This document shows positions 1-13,700 of a stretch of 64,000 bases of DNA, piece after piece. The notes beneath the pieces were generated by a model. That model searched no databases. It was given only the letters and a program-made list of their open reading frames with translations, and was not told the origin of the DNA. This DNA is from Eledone cirrhosa (Eukaryota). Location: contig OZ024745.1 in NCBI GenBank assembly GCA_964016885.1, positions 102,920,001 to 102,984,000 on the forward strand, read 5' to 3'. Position 1 is the stretch's first letter. Every line of letters starts with the position of its first letter. A program made the translations under genes and the position numbers.

Positions 1-324
1 AGATATATTGATCTGCTCTTTAAGATACACAGAAGTATTGATCTGCTCTTCAAGATACACAGAAGTATTGATCTGCTCTTCAAGATACACAGAAGTATTG
101 ATCTGCTCTTCAAGATACACAGAAGTATTGATCTGCTCTTTAAGATACACAGAAGTATTGATCTGCTCTTTAAGATACACAGAAGTATTGATCTGCTCTT
201 TAAGATACACAGATATATTGATCTGCTCTTCAAGATACACAGATATATTGATCTGCTCTTCAAGATACACAGATATATTGATCTGCTCTTTAAGATACAC
301 AGATATATTGATCTGCTCTTCAAG
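1..324. repeat. 30-bp tandem minisatellite (about 11 copies, probably continues left of the window)
   Basis: Unit AGATACACAGA(AG/TA)TATTGATCTGCTCTT(C/T)A repeats with period 30. It explains the ORF 8..358. Confidence 0.95.
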
Positions 325-1240
325 ACCAAAGTCAAAATGGAATGTCAGGTACAAATAATATGTGAAAGTGAAACACTTGCTCATTTACTCTTACCTTCAT
401 ATATGGATCAGAGTAACATTGCTAGTGATGTTGATCCTTGGATTGTTTTTAATTTTGTTGGGTAATATAAATGGGTGGTATGTGTGGAGGTGGTGAAAAA
501 TGGCATGCTGTTGGAAGTGGTCAGTATGGATTTGCAATTCTTTGTCCCTTTGAAGCTAATGAGTCATTCTGGGGTTGTGCTCCTTCTTGAGTACAGAGAC
601 TAAAGGTATGACATTGACAGTCTAAAGCAGAAGCCAAACTGTTAGGTTTGTGGCAGCAAAGGTCATTTAAGAACTTTTTGCCCTCATGAGTTTAAAAAAA
701 ACAATAAAAACAAAAAGGAAAGCAACAATAGTAACAACAGAATTTAGGGATTGAGGGAGTAGATTGCCTAATCCTTGGATTGAGAAGCTGACCAGGAAGC
801 TAAAAGGAGCCCTCCCCCTTCTGCCTCCTAGTGACAATAAGGAAGACATGTAAGAAGGAAGTGGTCAGCAACAACAAACCATGAAGGCTACAGCAGGAAA
901 TTATGCAGTAAAACAAATTAATAGAGATTTCTAATGTAAGCACAAGGCCAGCATTTTGGGGAGAGTGGAAGTTAATCATATTGCTCCAGTATTTTACTGG
1001 TACTTTATTTTCTCGACCGCAGAATGTTGAAAGGTAAAGTTGACCCTGATGGGATTTAAACTCAGAACACAGTAGCCATAATTAAAAGCTACAAAGCATT
1101 TTGTTTGATGCTCTAAAACAAATTAATAGTGAGAGAATGATACAGATGTTATTATAAATAATATAAGATATTTGAACTTCTAAAGTCCTAAGAGATTATG
1201 ATGTTCATAGAATGTAGAAACTCAGACACAGTTCGCTTCT

Positions 1241-1420
1241 ATAAATAGTTTAGAAAATCAGGTAAAGATCCCTTCTAGATATAAAATATCTGTAAACACA
1301 GTTGGTTGTTATAAATAACTTAGAAAATCAGTTAAAGATCCCGTATAGATATAAAATAACTGTAAACAGAGTTGGTTATTATAGGTAGCTTAGAAAATCA
1401 GGTAAAGATTCTTTAATAGA
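1241..1420. repeat. 70-bp tandem repeat, about 2.5 diverged copies
   Basis: ATAAATAGTTTAGAAAATCAGGTAAAGATCCC... recurs at 1241, 1311 and 1381. Confidence 0.8.
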
Positions 1421-2421
1421 CAGAAAAATGTAGTGTACTTGCTAAGAAATGTATACCTATAAGAAAATAGTTGAAAACTAATGAGTGATGGTTATTATAT
1501 GCTATGGTCATCATTGTCAACTATATACTTATTTATATAAGTTACAGCAGTATGTAAATCACATCACCTTTGTTCTTATAATATTTTGTCTTCATAAATC
1601 ACATGTTGCTTTTTGTAAATACTGTTTACAAGTTTGCTTTTGGTTGTCTTTATATATATATATATATATATTAATGCTTTTTCTAAGATAATTCCAATCA
1701 TTATCAATGCAGTCTGTATATATTATAGCAATATATTTCTATGTCTGGAATGAACAGATTAACTGGTGCTTTAAAATTGTCTGATTCTTAAATGATTGAC
1801 AATATATGCAGCATCTTATGAGGATTAGGATTATAGCCAGCAGTGCATATGTGTTCCCCATGCATAGAATTAATTTTTGATTCCACATTAAATGTCATCA
1901 AGATATATTTGTTTGCAATGCTGATATAGAACAAATAGTGACATGACCAATCCATTTGTCAGGATATATGCTTATGTATGTGTGTATGTTAATAAAGGTT
2001 GCAAATTTCAAATCTAGAACAAGATTCAGCATATTAGTCGAACACAATTTTTTGTATCTGTAACTTTAGTAAAAAAAAAAAAAAAATTATTTACTTACAG
2101 TATATATGTTATTTTATTTTTTACATTAGATATAAGTCTGTACAATGAATCTTGTTTCCAAAAACGTTGTGTCAGTAGTAGCGATCAAATTTCTAAAGAC
2201 AGAAACCATAACAACTATGGAAAAATAATAATACTACTGACCCTCATGAACCATTGACCATTCACATGACCCAATTACCAATTAAATTATTAATTAGTAA
2301 ACTAAAAATTTAAAAGTGAGCAGTTACCTCAAAATTATCTGACATAAAATGGGGGTGTGATTTAGCTGCTATTTCTAGCAGGTCAAGTGACCATGTAGTG
2401 GCTTCCTTATTAGATCATTAA

Positions 2422-2837
2422 CACTTTAGCATTTAAACCGGCCGTATCTGGCCAGAATTGTCTCACCCCTTTCTGGTCAAACTGACTGTAACCAGCTGCT
2501 CATACTTATGTTAAGGTATTGTTTTCAAAATAAATAATTGTTTCTACTTTAGGCGTAAATACCCCAGTGCATTACTGGTACTTTAATTTATCGACCCCGT
2601 AAGGATGAAAGGCAAAGTTAACCTTGTCAGAATTTGAACTCAGAACGGAAAAGGCCATAACTCTATGCTGCAATACATGGTGTCTGACGCTCTACCGGTA
2701 CTGCCAAACCACCGCCCTTTCAAAATAAATAATATCAAAATCTCATAGATTTGATATTATGTGAAATAATTATGTGAGGTAAAGACTTTACCATGAAAAT
2801 ACAATAATATATATAGAGTAATGTAAATGCTAAAGGG
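2422..2837. mobile_element. piggyBac-type MITE carrying a nested family-2 SINE
   Basis: TTAA on both sides (2418-2421, 2838-2841); TIR C(A/C)CTTTAGCATTTA...TAAATGCTAAAGGG. The SINE at about 2539-2717 is flanked by the 17-bp direct repeat TTTTCAAAATAAATAAT. Confidence 0.85.
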
Positions 2838-2896
2838 TTAAACTGATTTTCATATCCTCAGGTGAAGTAATTTATTGTTTTCTTTTTTTTTTTCAG

Positions 2897-2973
2897 TCCC
2901 AGAAACTCGAGTAAAACTGAAAACTATTCCAGGAGAAGAGAACTCTGATTACATCAATGCAAATTTCATAACT
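2897..2973 (+). CDS. Internal coding exon of a classical protein tyrosine phosphatase (motifs 2-3: xPETRVKLKTIPGEENSDYINANFIT)
   Basis: Poly-T tract plus CAG acceptor (2894-2896) and GTAAGT donor (2974). The exon is 77 bp, phase 1 to phase 0, and encodes RVKL and DYINANFI, hallmarks of class I PTP domains. Confidence 0.93.
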
Positions 2974-3721
2974 GTAAGTATTTATATTTTTTTTTTATTA
3001 TTGTTGTTGCTATTCAGCCCCAGGTCAGATATATCCTCTTGTTGTTGTTCTCCCACTTATTCCTGAGCAGGCCGTGGGGGAAGAGTCCTCAAACACTCCT
3101 TCCAGTGGGACCTGTCAGAAGCAACTATATCCACACACACATACATACACACATACATACTCTCAAACACACATACATACATGTCTGTGTGTGTTAATAA
3201 AACCACAGATTGCCCTAACTCATAGAGAAAACTCTGAGATTATCTTAACCCTCAGAAAGTATCGTAAACCTGCGCCCATGAAAAGGTTTATATCACAATT
3301 AGCTTTTATTTTTGCTAGTTACACACACCAAACTCTAAACACCAGTGATAAACAAAAAAAATATTTTAGGGATAAATATCTACATACCTAGACATAAAGT
3401 TGCATATCTTATAGATGATTTATGCGTTATTCATATACTGATGAGCAGTCCAAAAACGGTTGGGCTTGGGCTATCCAAATTCCTCTCAAAGACAAATGCA
3501 ACTGCTACAGGAAGAGTGCCAGGAGCTATGAGGTATATCAACAAGGAACTAATATGGTTAACATTACTATAACCATTCATATATTATGTAGCTACTATGA
3601 TTCTCCAAACAAAAGTATACACACACGCACACACATGCACACGCACACGCGCACACACACAATAGGGTAAAAGCACCAATTCTTTGCTTAAACTTTAATC
3701 TGTACTAATAATAAATATATG

Positions 3722-3752
<31 letters not shown>

Positions 3753-6054
3753 TTATATAAATATATATATATATATACAGACACACATACATGTGTGTGT
3801 GTGATTGCTTCGATGAACATTGTTGCATCTTTAGTCTCATGATCATTTTATACCACTTTGTTCTATCTATTATTGGCAAACACAGAATCTGATACGGAAA
3901 AGATTTTTTTTCTGTTTCATTTTGTTTTTCCATTAGGTAAATTTTTTAGAATAGGAAACGAGTTCTTTAAAAAACTGGATCTGTGACTCACAAACAGTTT
4001 CCAGTTTCAGGTCTGAGAGAAATTTTATTAGTCAGTAAAAGACTGCTTTTGAGCTCTGGAATGTGTCAGATTTTCATTAGAGGGTTTGGAAGATTATCGT
4101 GAACCCCTTCTTGGTTCTTCGAGCTTAGAAATGCCTACTGAATTCCAAACTTATCGGCTTTAATTTGGTTATTTTAATTACAACAGTAAAATGAGCCAAT
4201 GGTGTAGCCAGTGTAACATAGCATCTACATGGCAGCTTGACCTGATGGAAATAGCAACCAAATCTGTTTTGACTCATCCCCCCCCCCCCCCACACACACA
4301 CACACCCCACCACCACCCACCACCTCCAAAAAAAGAAAAAGAAAAAAAAAGGAAGCAAGGGCATATTGGATAATGTATTCTGAGATAAAATATTCCTCCC
4401 ACCCCCCAAAATGGCATGGTTGCAGTTTGAATTCCTTTTATCATAGATCTGCTCAATCAGAACTGACCTGAGTCAACACAACAAAAACCATTATAGCTGT
4501 ATGAACATCACAATTTCCTTACCCATACTTCCTAAGTCATCAGAATTGATTGATCTCTTGATACATAACCATTACATTATCTTTAATCAAACATTTGACT
4601 ATTTCTTGGAGAAAGAACTTTTTAAAAGTGTGTGTGTGTTTTGTATATCACCCAGGTAACAAAAGCTATCAAGTACTTCTAGTTAGTTTTTCAAGCAATT
4701 GGAAGAATTAATTCTACATGTATACTTGCTGTTAACTTCTCCTGTGAATCTGCCACATATGAAGTCTACCTTCTCTGTCAGCTAGCCTATAATTCCATTA
4801 TACTGCTTGTGCCCATAGTTTAGTCTGGCTACATGCTATGGAATTTCTACCTATGCCTGTTTTGCATTTCAAGTACATCTGATCTTAAACTCCTCTGTTA
4901 TGGCTTGGAGAACTATATCAAACAGGAACATGCTGAGAATCAAGCCTTAATGAACATCCACTTGTACACTGAAATTCTCACTAAACTCATTGCCTACTCT
5001 CACTTTACTGACAGCATCTTTGTACATGACATGCACTGCTCTACCCAATATATTGTGTTACTTTGTCAAAGGCATTCTCCAGATTAAAGAATGCTAAATA
5101 TAGTGGTTTATTCTTAGCTATGTGCATTTTTGTAGTTGTTTCACTAAGAAGAGAGCATTGGTGGTACTTCAACCTGGCATAAATTCAATCTATATAGCTC
5201 ATCTAATCTGATTCTTTTTCTAATCATTTGATCCATTAGTTTGATGTTTTTGTAGTTGCTTCTTTTTAGAGCATCACTTTTTCACTTCTTCATCATCATC
5301 CTCATCTTTTTACATGCACTTTCCATGCTGCTATGGTTTAGACAGTTTTCACAATCCAATATTCGACTAATCAAGGAACCATGTCTTCTTCATACATTCC
5401 ATATTTTAGCATGATTTCTGTGTTTAGTAAGTGTACCAGATGCTTTTATCATAGCACCAGCACCACCACCTTGTAGCAATTAATGATAATACTTTTATCC
5501 AGTCATTGACACCATATTGTAATACCTAGTTATCTATGCAAGTGACTAGCTTGAGCCTGACTTTACCAGTGTTTTCAGCCTCTTGGAGATTACCTCTGAT
5601 AGTTTGGCTACTTTCTTTTTCTTCATATCCTTAATATCTTCTTTGATCATATAGATGTTTACTTTGATAGCTGCTCCCTCTATTTGGGTCTACTGTGGTA
5701 GGCCCTCTTCCTCCCATACATTTGCTACATTCAATAGTCTTTCATAATAGTTCCAATACTCCTTCTTTTGGACATTGGTGAAGCTAAGTGTAACAATATC
5801 ATTCTGAATAAACTATTCCTCAGTGTCTTGATTCACACTGAAACACACACTTGCAATAATGAAATAACTCATGTATTTTATCCTCTTGGCATAGAACACT
5901 AGCAAACTACTTGCTTTCAGCTTCTCTCCAACTTATTGGGTATTGTTCATTGCTGCTTCCTTCTAGTTTTACCAAGACTCTAGCTTTTATAGTTCAATCT
6001 ATAATATTACTCCACCATCATGTCACTTTACATCTGATTGGTACCTTGCTTGAA

Positions 6055-8020
6055 CCACAGATCTTATCAGTAGCCTGTAATAGGTTACCACAGATCTTAT
6101 CAGTAGCCTGTAATAGGTTGCCACAGATCTTATCAGTAGCCTGTAATAGGTTACCACAGATCTTATCAGTAGCCTGTAATAGGTTGCCACAGATCTTATC
6201 AGTAGCCTGTAATAGGTTACCACAGATCTTATCAGTAGCCTGTAATAGGTTGCCACAGATCTTATCAGTAGCCTGTAATAGGATACCACAGATCTTATCA
6301 GTAGTCTGTAATAGGATACCACAGATCTTATCAGTAGTCTGCAATAGGTTGCCACAGATCTTATCAGTAGTCTGTAATAGGATACCACAGATCTTATCAG
6401 TAGTCTGCAATAGGTTGCCACAGATCTTATCAGTAGTCTGCAATAGGTTGCCACAGATCTTATCAGTAGTCTGCAATAGGATACCACAGATCTTATCAGT
6501 AGCCTGTAATAGGTTACCACAGATCTTATCAGTAGCCTGTAATAGGATACCACAGATCTTATCAGTAGCCTGTAATAGGATACCACAGATCTTATCAGTA
6601 GTCTGTAATAGGATACCACAGATCTTATCAGTAGTCTGCAATAGGTTGCCACAGATCTTATCAGTAGTCTGTAATAGGATACCACAGATCTTATCAGTAG
6701 CCTGTAATAGGATACCACAGATCTTATCAGTAGCCTGTAATAGGATACCACAGATCTTATCAGTAGCCTGTAATAGGATACCACAGATCTTATCAGTAGT
6801 CTGTAATAGGATACCACAGATCTTATCAGTAGCCTGTAATAGGATACCACAGATCTTATCAGTAGCCTGTAATAGGATACCACAGATCTTATCAGTAGCC
6901 TGTAATAGGATACCACAGATCTTATCAGTAGCCTGTAATAGGATACCACAGATCTTATCAGTAGCCTGTAATAGGATACCACAGATCTTATCAGTAGCCT
7001 GTAATAGGATACCACAGATCTTATCAGTAGCCTGTAATAGGATACCACAGATCTTATCAGTAGTCTGTAATAGGATACCACAGATCTTATCAGTAGCCTG
7101 TAATAGGATACCACAGATCTTATCAGTAGTCTGTAATAGGATACCACAGATCTTATCAGTAGCCTGTAATAGGATACCACAGATCTTATCAGTAGTCTGT
7201 AATAGGATACCACAGATCTTATCAGTAGCCTGTAATAGGATACCACAGATCTTATCAGTAGCCTGTAATAGGATACCACAGATCTTATCAGTAGTCTGTA
7301 ATAGGATACCACAGATCTTATCAGTAGTCTGCAATAGGTTGCCACAGATCTTATCAGTAGTCTGTAATAGGATACCACAGATCTTATCAGTAGTCTGCAA
7401 TAGGTTGCCACAGATCTTATCAGTAGTCTGTAATAGGATACCACAGATCTTATCAGTAGTCTGCAATAGGTTGCCACAGATCTTATCAGTAGTCTGCAAT
7501 AGGTTGCCACAGATCTTATCAGTAGTCTGCAATAGGTTGCCACAGATCTTATCAGTTGCCTGTAATAGGTTGCCACATACCATATCACTAGTCTGCACTA
7601 GGTTGCCACAGATCTTATCAGTAGTCTGCACTAGGTTGCCACAGATCTTATCAGTAGTCTGCACTAGGTTGCCACAAATCTTATCAGTAGTCTGCACTAG
7701 GTTGCCACAGATCTTATCAGTAGTCTGCACTAGGTTGCCACAAATCTTATCAGTAGTCTGCAATAGGTTGCCACAGATCTTATCAGTGACCTGCACTAGG
7801 TTGCCACATACCATATCACTAGTCTGCACTAGGTTGCCACAGATCTTATCAGTAGCCTGCAATAGGTTGCCACAGATCTTATCAGTAGTCTGCAATAGGT
7901 TGCCACATATCTTATCAGTAGTCTGCACTAGGTTGCCACAGATCTTATCAGTAGTCTGCACTAGGTTGCCACAGATCTTATCAGTGACCTGCACTAGGTT
8001 AACGCATCTTATCAGTGACA
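6055..8020. repeat. 33-bp tandem minisatellite, about 59 copies
   Basis: Unit CCACAGATCTTATCAGTAG(C/T)CTG(T/C)AATAGG(TTG/ATA/TTA). The length is a multiple of 3, which explains the three long ORFs at 5911-8138. Confidence 0.97.
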
Positions 8021-8436
8021 TGTAGTGAGAAACTTCCCTATAAGTTATAGATACTAGTCTTCTCTTCTTGTACTTATATATAACGGAGGGATCTTTTAAT
8101 TCCCTGTCATCATTTTTTAAATTGCCCTGTGTCTCCAAATTAATTTATTTCTTACTCTAATATTGTTAATAATTAGTCTATGTTGGGTGGTACATTCTTC
8201 TCCTGTGAAAGACTTTGTATTCACATCCATCTCTCTATCCTGTTTGGCTTGTGTGTTCCCCAGATAGGTAGTGAGCAATGGTTGGTGGGTTTCCTGAAGT
8301 TAGTATTTTCAGATGGTTAGGTCATTTGTTTCACAAAACTCAAGGATCCTTGCCACCTCTACATTCCTTGAGTTATGTCTTTAGCCACTGTGTAATTTGG
8401 GTTAGTCATTTTAGTGCTGTCCAACATTTCCATTAA

Positions 8437-8613
8437 CCCTTTAGCATTTAAACCAGCTGTATCCAGCCACAATTCTCTCACCTCTTTCTGTTCAAACTGG
8501 CCTTAACTGACCACTCCTACTGATAAGGTATTTTTCGCAAAATTAATAATATCAAAATCTCATAGATTTGATATTATGTGAGGTAAAGCCTTTACCATGA
8601 AAATACAATAGTG
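8437..8613. mobile_element. piggyBac-type MITE, internally deleted copy
   Basis: Starts TTAA-CCCTTTAGCATTTAAACC; body matches 23935-24149; TTAA at 8614. Confidence 0.75.
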
Positions 8614-9074
8614 TTAAAGTTTCCAGTCATGATAATGAAGTTGCTGTCATTATTGAGTTCTGGTTGTGGCACATAGGCTAAGATAACTGTGGTTGTTGTA
8701 TTGCTTATGACAAATCTAAGGCTGATAATTCTCTTGCATAATCTAATTGCCTCAATTACTTTATCTGTTCACTTCTCAGCTAACAGAATACATACTCTAC
8801 CTACCCTATCACTATTAAATATCCAGAAGAGTTTATACCTGTGAAGTGTCTGCTAGAAGCTTCTCTCCATTTTACTCATACATACAGCAAACATTTACTT
8901 GTCCTGTTCAAGTATCTCCACAATTTTACCAGACCTACTTTTCATTGAGCCAAAATTAACAGGGGTAGCCCTGAAATTTGTTACCTAACAAGGGGATTTT
9001 CACTAAAAGTGGCTGAGGTTGGTTGTCTTTACCTCAGTGTTTGTGTGTATGGGGACACTTATATATATATTGTG

Positions 9075-9410
9075 AAGGTGCTAGTTTAGTGGTTAGAGGG
9101 TCAGGCTTACAATCATGAGGTTGTGTGTTCGATTCTTGGATCGGGCTTTGCATTGTGTTCTTGAACAAGACACTTTATTTTATGTTGCTCCAGTTCCCTC
9201 AGCTGTAGAAATGAGTTACAATGTCACTGGTGCCAAGCTGCATCATCCTTTGCCTTTCCCTTGAACAACATCAATGGCATGGAGATGAGAGACTGGTATA
9301 CCTGGACGACTACTGGTCTTCTACAGACAACCTTGCTTGGACTTGTGTCTTGGAGGGGAACTTTCTAGATGGTAATCCCATGGTCATTCGTGACCGAAGG
9401 GGTCTTTAAC
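9075..9410 (+). mobile_element. Older tRNA-derived SINE (CORE-like body), related to family 1
   Basis: TAGTTTAGTGGTTAGAG A-box, GTTCGATTC B-box, then TGTGTTCTTGAACAAGACACTTTAT...TTGCTCCAGT. A similar copy lies at about 57553-57890. Confidence 0.7.
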
Positions 9411-9440
9411 CCTTACCCTATATATATATACATATATATA

Positions 9441-9662
9441 ATAGAAAACGAAAAATCAGTGATGCATCTGAACTCAATTTATTGTGTGTTACAATTGTTT
9501 CGCCGGCGGACAGCTCGAGATGTGATCATTGTGTGGATCTGTCTGATTCTGGACCCGCAGGTCCAGAATTTCGTTTTCTATTATATCATACTCTGCTCTG
9601 TAAGAGCATAGAGTGCTCAACCACCGGCATACCGCCTATGGAAGCATCTTAGCTACTATCAG
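9441..9662. mobile_element. Penelope-like terminal-repeat remnant with inverted arrangement
   Basis: Flanked by (TA)n/(CA)n; inverted repeat ATAGAAAACGAAA / TTTCGTTTTCTAT. Minus-strand HHR 3' half GAAAC-AATT-GTA at 9490-9501; bulged hairpin at 9590-9614. Confidence 0.55.
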
Positions 9663-9713
9663 ACACACACACATATATATATATAAGTAGTTCCACAACA
9701 GTTTGTTCACCAT

Positions 9714-9756
9714 ACTGAGAACAAATGTTTCACCTTATTTGGATCCTTAGCTCGGT
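9714..9756 (-). ncRNA. Decayed minimal hammerhead motif
   Basis: Minus strand: accgag CTAAGGA tcc-aaataa-ggt GAAA c-attt-g TT ctcagt. The core has G5->A, so it is probably inactive. Confidence 0.45.
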
Positions 9757-10460
9757 CTAAATCCGACAACTGCAGTGTCACATGTACACACATATATGAT
9801 GGAATTTCATACAGTCTCTATCTACTAAATTCACTCAAAAGGCAAGGCATTGGTCAGCCTGACACTATTGTAGAAGATATTTGTCCAGAATGCCAGGCAT
9901 TAAGTCCAAACCCTATACCACATGGTTGCAAGGACAAACTTCTTAACTAAACAGTCATACCTGTGTATGTTTTTGTCTGTCGGTATGTGTATATGTAGGA
10001 ATTAAGGTGCAATGTATGTGGCCGATTTCTTCTAACAGGAGCTAGATTTGTCAGCCATCTGAAATCACATGAGCCAGGAATGATTTGTGAGATGGTTCTA
10101 CTGCCTACACACTACTTGGCATATTTGCAGTGAGTGTAGCTTAATTGCAGGTCACCTGATGGATGGACAAGATATTGTAGAATGCATGAAGATACACCCT
10201 AGTCAGTATTGCCAGGTGGAGACAGTTCAACTGTCACATCTGTGAACATACTTGCAAAACTAAAGCAGGTCTGAAAAGTCACATGCATGCACATGATCGT
10301 GCAATGTTCAATGAAGAGATGGCACTCTTTTGACAAGAAGTAGCAATCAGCATATATACATATTGAGTGCTTTCTGATTGCCTCAAACAACTCAATTAGT
10401 ACCTGCTATATGCCAGCTACAACTTCGATTCATACCCAATATGAATATAAATATATATAT

Positions 10461-10499
<39 letters not shown>

Positions 10500-10629
10500 T
10501 ATATATATATATATACATATATATATTTATAAACATCATCATCATCCTTTTAAGCTTTTAACATAGTTTAGGTGGGACTATTCCAGCATCTCTCTCTCTC
10601 TCTATATATATAATATATATATATATATA

Positions 10630-10960
10630 TCATCATCATCATTTCATTTTACGTCCGCTTTTTCCCTGCTTGCAAGTGTGGGACGGGAACTGATGCTGGC
10701 TTGATTTCTACAGCTGGATGCCCTTCCTAACACCAACCTCATTTACAGTGAGTAGTGGGTGCTTTTTTGCCGTGGCACCTGCACGACACTTTCCAGTGGA
10801 ATGATAGGACCCCAGTCCCTATCATCTCATTTCTACAGCTGAGTAAACTGAGCAATGTGAAATAAAGTTTCTGCTCAAGGAAACCAACACCACCACCCGG
10901 TCTGAGAATTGAACTCACAACCTTTCGATTGCAAAGCAATGCTCTAACCACTAAGCCATG
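10630..10960 (-). mobile_element. SINE family 1 (tRNA-like head, CORE-like body, RTE-type tail)
   Basis: Close match to the reverse complement of 55368-55710; (ATC)n marks the tail end. Confidence 0.88.
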
Positions 10961-11188
10961 TATATATATATATATACATACATACATATATATATATACA
11001 TACATACATACATATATACATACATATATATATTCTATATAAACAAAACACGCTCCTCCATCCTGGCTGTCTCCCTACGGGACAACTTATTTAACTCATA
11101 CTAGCATGGAAATGGATGTCAAACGATGATGATGATATATAATGGAAAAATTTGAACAGGGACAAAACAGAGAGGCAGTATATATATA

Positions 11189-11268
<80 letters not shown>

Positions 11269-11767
11269 GTATTATGTATATAATGCATGTAGTATATATA
11301 ATCATGCATATATGCAAAAAGTGTGTAGTATATGTGCCGGTATGGTATAACTGTAAGTGTCTCTGTCTTTAGTGAGTGGAGATACCATGTTGTTAGTGGC
11401 AAAGGTATAATCAGCTGATCAGCTACACTTACTTGTCACTGAATGCACTGATGGAGTGTGAGATGATAAGTGGTGTAGTGAGTCTAGCTAGCAAGTGGTA
11501 TATTTTCCAAATAATTTTTTTAATGACATTCTTCTGGAAATTCCTTAAGTATAATATGCTGTGTCAGCTATCTCCTACTCAAAACGCCTACAAACATACT
11601 TCTTGAATCTTTATAATCATTTCTATTACTCTCATGCTATCAGCTCAGATTTCTCCATTCTCTCACATTATATATTTGAATACTGAAAGTATTTTTTTCC
11701 CCACCTAATCTATTATTTATAGTTATAGTTATAGCTATGCACATCAATACATTCATGCATATATAAT

Positions 11768-12249
<482 letters not shown>

Positions 12250-12715
12250 CATACACACACACACACGCTTTTCCCTGCTTGCAAGAGTTGGACGGTCCTG
12301 TTTAGCACAATATCTCCTCACTTGTCACAGTCCTTCATCATCTCCTCGGTGAGTTTCAGCGATCTGAGGTCTGCTCTCACAACCTCCACCCATGTTTTTC
12401 GTGGCCTATCTCTACTGCGTCTTCCTTATATATATAGTATTGGGTGAGTACTAGGTGCTTTTTCATCATCATCACCATCACCGTTTTACGTCTGTTCTTC
12501 CATGCTAGCATGGGTTAGACGGGTTGTCCTGTTGTGGGCAGTGTCCGGTCGGCTGACCCTGTCTTGCTCATATGGGAACTGATTCTGGCTTGATTTCTAC
12601 AGCTGGATGCCCTTCCTAACACCAACCTCATTTACAGTGAGTGCTGGGTGCTTTTTTTTTCCGTGCTAGCATGGAAGATGGACGTTAAACGAAGATGATG
12701 ATGATGATATATATA

Positions 12716-12890
12716 TAACAAAATTTAATATAGAAAAGGCTTCTACACGACTAGAACTGTTTCTTTCAAAGAAATCATCATTCCTATGGAAGCCATTTCT
12801 ATATTCAATTGTGTTGTCTACACTCAGCTAATGTATTGAGTACCTTACTTACTGTGGTTACCCCCGATTGAACCTGGGACTCACTGACCT
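12716..12890. mobile_element. Penelope-like terminal remnant, family D (fold-back)
   Basis: Between (TA)n tracts; minus-strand GAAACAGTTCTAGTC HHR half. The plus-strand tail ...GTATTGAGTACCTTACTTACTGTGGTTACCCCCGATTGAA matches the reverse complement of 45297-45350. Confidence 0.65.
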
Positions 12891-12979
12891 ATATATATAT
12901 ACACACACGCACACAAACACACATTAAGCGGCAGTGCTCCATCATACCCTCAGCCTGTCAGCAAATTAATATATATATA

Positions 12980-13505
12980 TCATCATCATCATCATCATCA
13001 AAGTTTAACGTCCGTGTTCCACGCTTGCATGGGTTTGGACGGGGGTTTCCCACTTGAGGCAAGAGTGATTGTCTTGCTCGCATAGGACTGCCTGGCGGGT
13101 TTTCTACAGCTGGATGCCCTTCCTAACACCAACCACATTTACAGTGTGGGGCTGGGAGGTTTTTACCGTGTTGCCTACACGGCCACATTACAGCGTGGAC
13201 TGTCTGGCGGGTTTTCTACAGCTGGATGCCCTTCCTAACACCAACCACATTTACAGTGTGGGGCTGGGAGGTTTTTACCGTGTTGCCTACACGGCCACAT
13301 TACAGCGTGGACTGTGTGTTTTTTTGTCGTGACACCTACACGATCTCATTTATTTTGGCCTGGATGTTGTGGCACCAACATGACTTTACATTGAAGGGGC
13401 GGTGTGGATGGGGTGGGGGTGGTGGGACGGGGGGTGTATTTTGTTAGAGATGCCTACTGGCTGTAGTAGGTTTTACTTTGTATTTAGGTAAGGCGGGTCT
13501 TCTCT
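12980..13505 (-). mobile_element. 5'-truncated RTE LINE (3' UTR and last codons)
   Basis: Reverse complement aligns to 29180-29720, including the (GAT)n tail; internal tandem duplication of about 113 bp. Confidence 0.85.
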
Positions 13506-13517
13506 ATATATATTATA

Positions 13518-13700
13518 TAAAGAACAAAGAAGGTGTGGTAAGATACCAGGTGCACCAGAGTACTCAATACTTAGGGTAGTAGAGTGGGTAATAGGAAAAG
13601 TCAGACCCCGACGGCTGAGCTCCGGACTGGTGGCTTAGTTCGGATCTAGCTGTCGAAACAGCTGGAGCTCAGCCATCGGGGTCCTGACTCTTTTTCTATA
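13518..13700. mobile_element. Penelope-like terminal remnant, family A variant (fold-back)
   Basis: Inverted arms 13591-13623 / 13664-13699; HHR 3' half GTCGAAACAGCTGGAGCTCAGCCATCGGGGT; homologous to 20861-20910 and 55030-55204. Confidence 0.75.

Larger units (their letters stand above)
4700..9050 (-). mobile_element. Old, heavily decayed RTE-clade LINE interrupted by a 33-bp array and a MITE
   Basis: The minus strand at about 8230-8380 resembles RILEFC..NDLTI.NTNFRK..SGEHTSQ and aligns by eye to the RTE at 26760-26900. About 4750-4860 resembles the GRNS..WxHK..GI..DFICGR region, and 6010-6055 the CG.SK.P..VT.WW region. Boundaries are approximate. Confidence 0.75.

Noticed and set aside
5911-8025. 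704-aa and 521-aa repeat-protein ORFs
   Set aside because: By-products of a stop-free 33-bp unit within a dead LINE; no independent gene features, and they lie inside another gene's intron.
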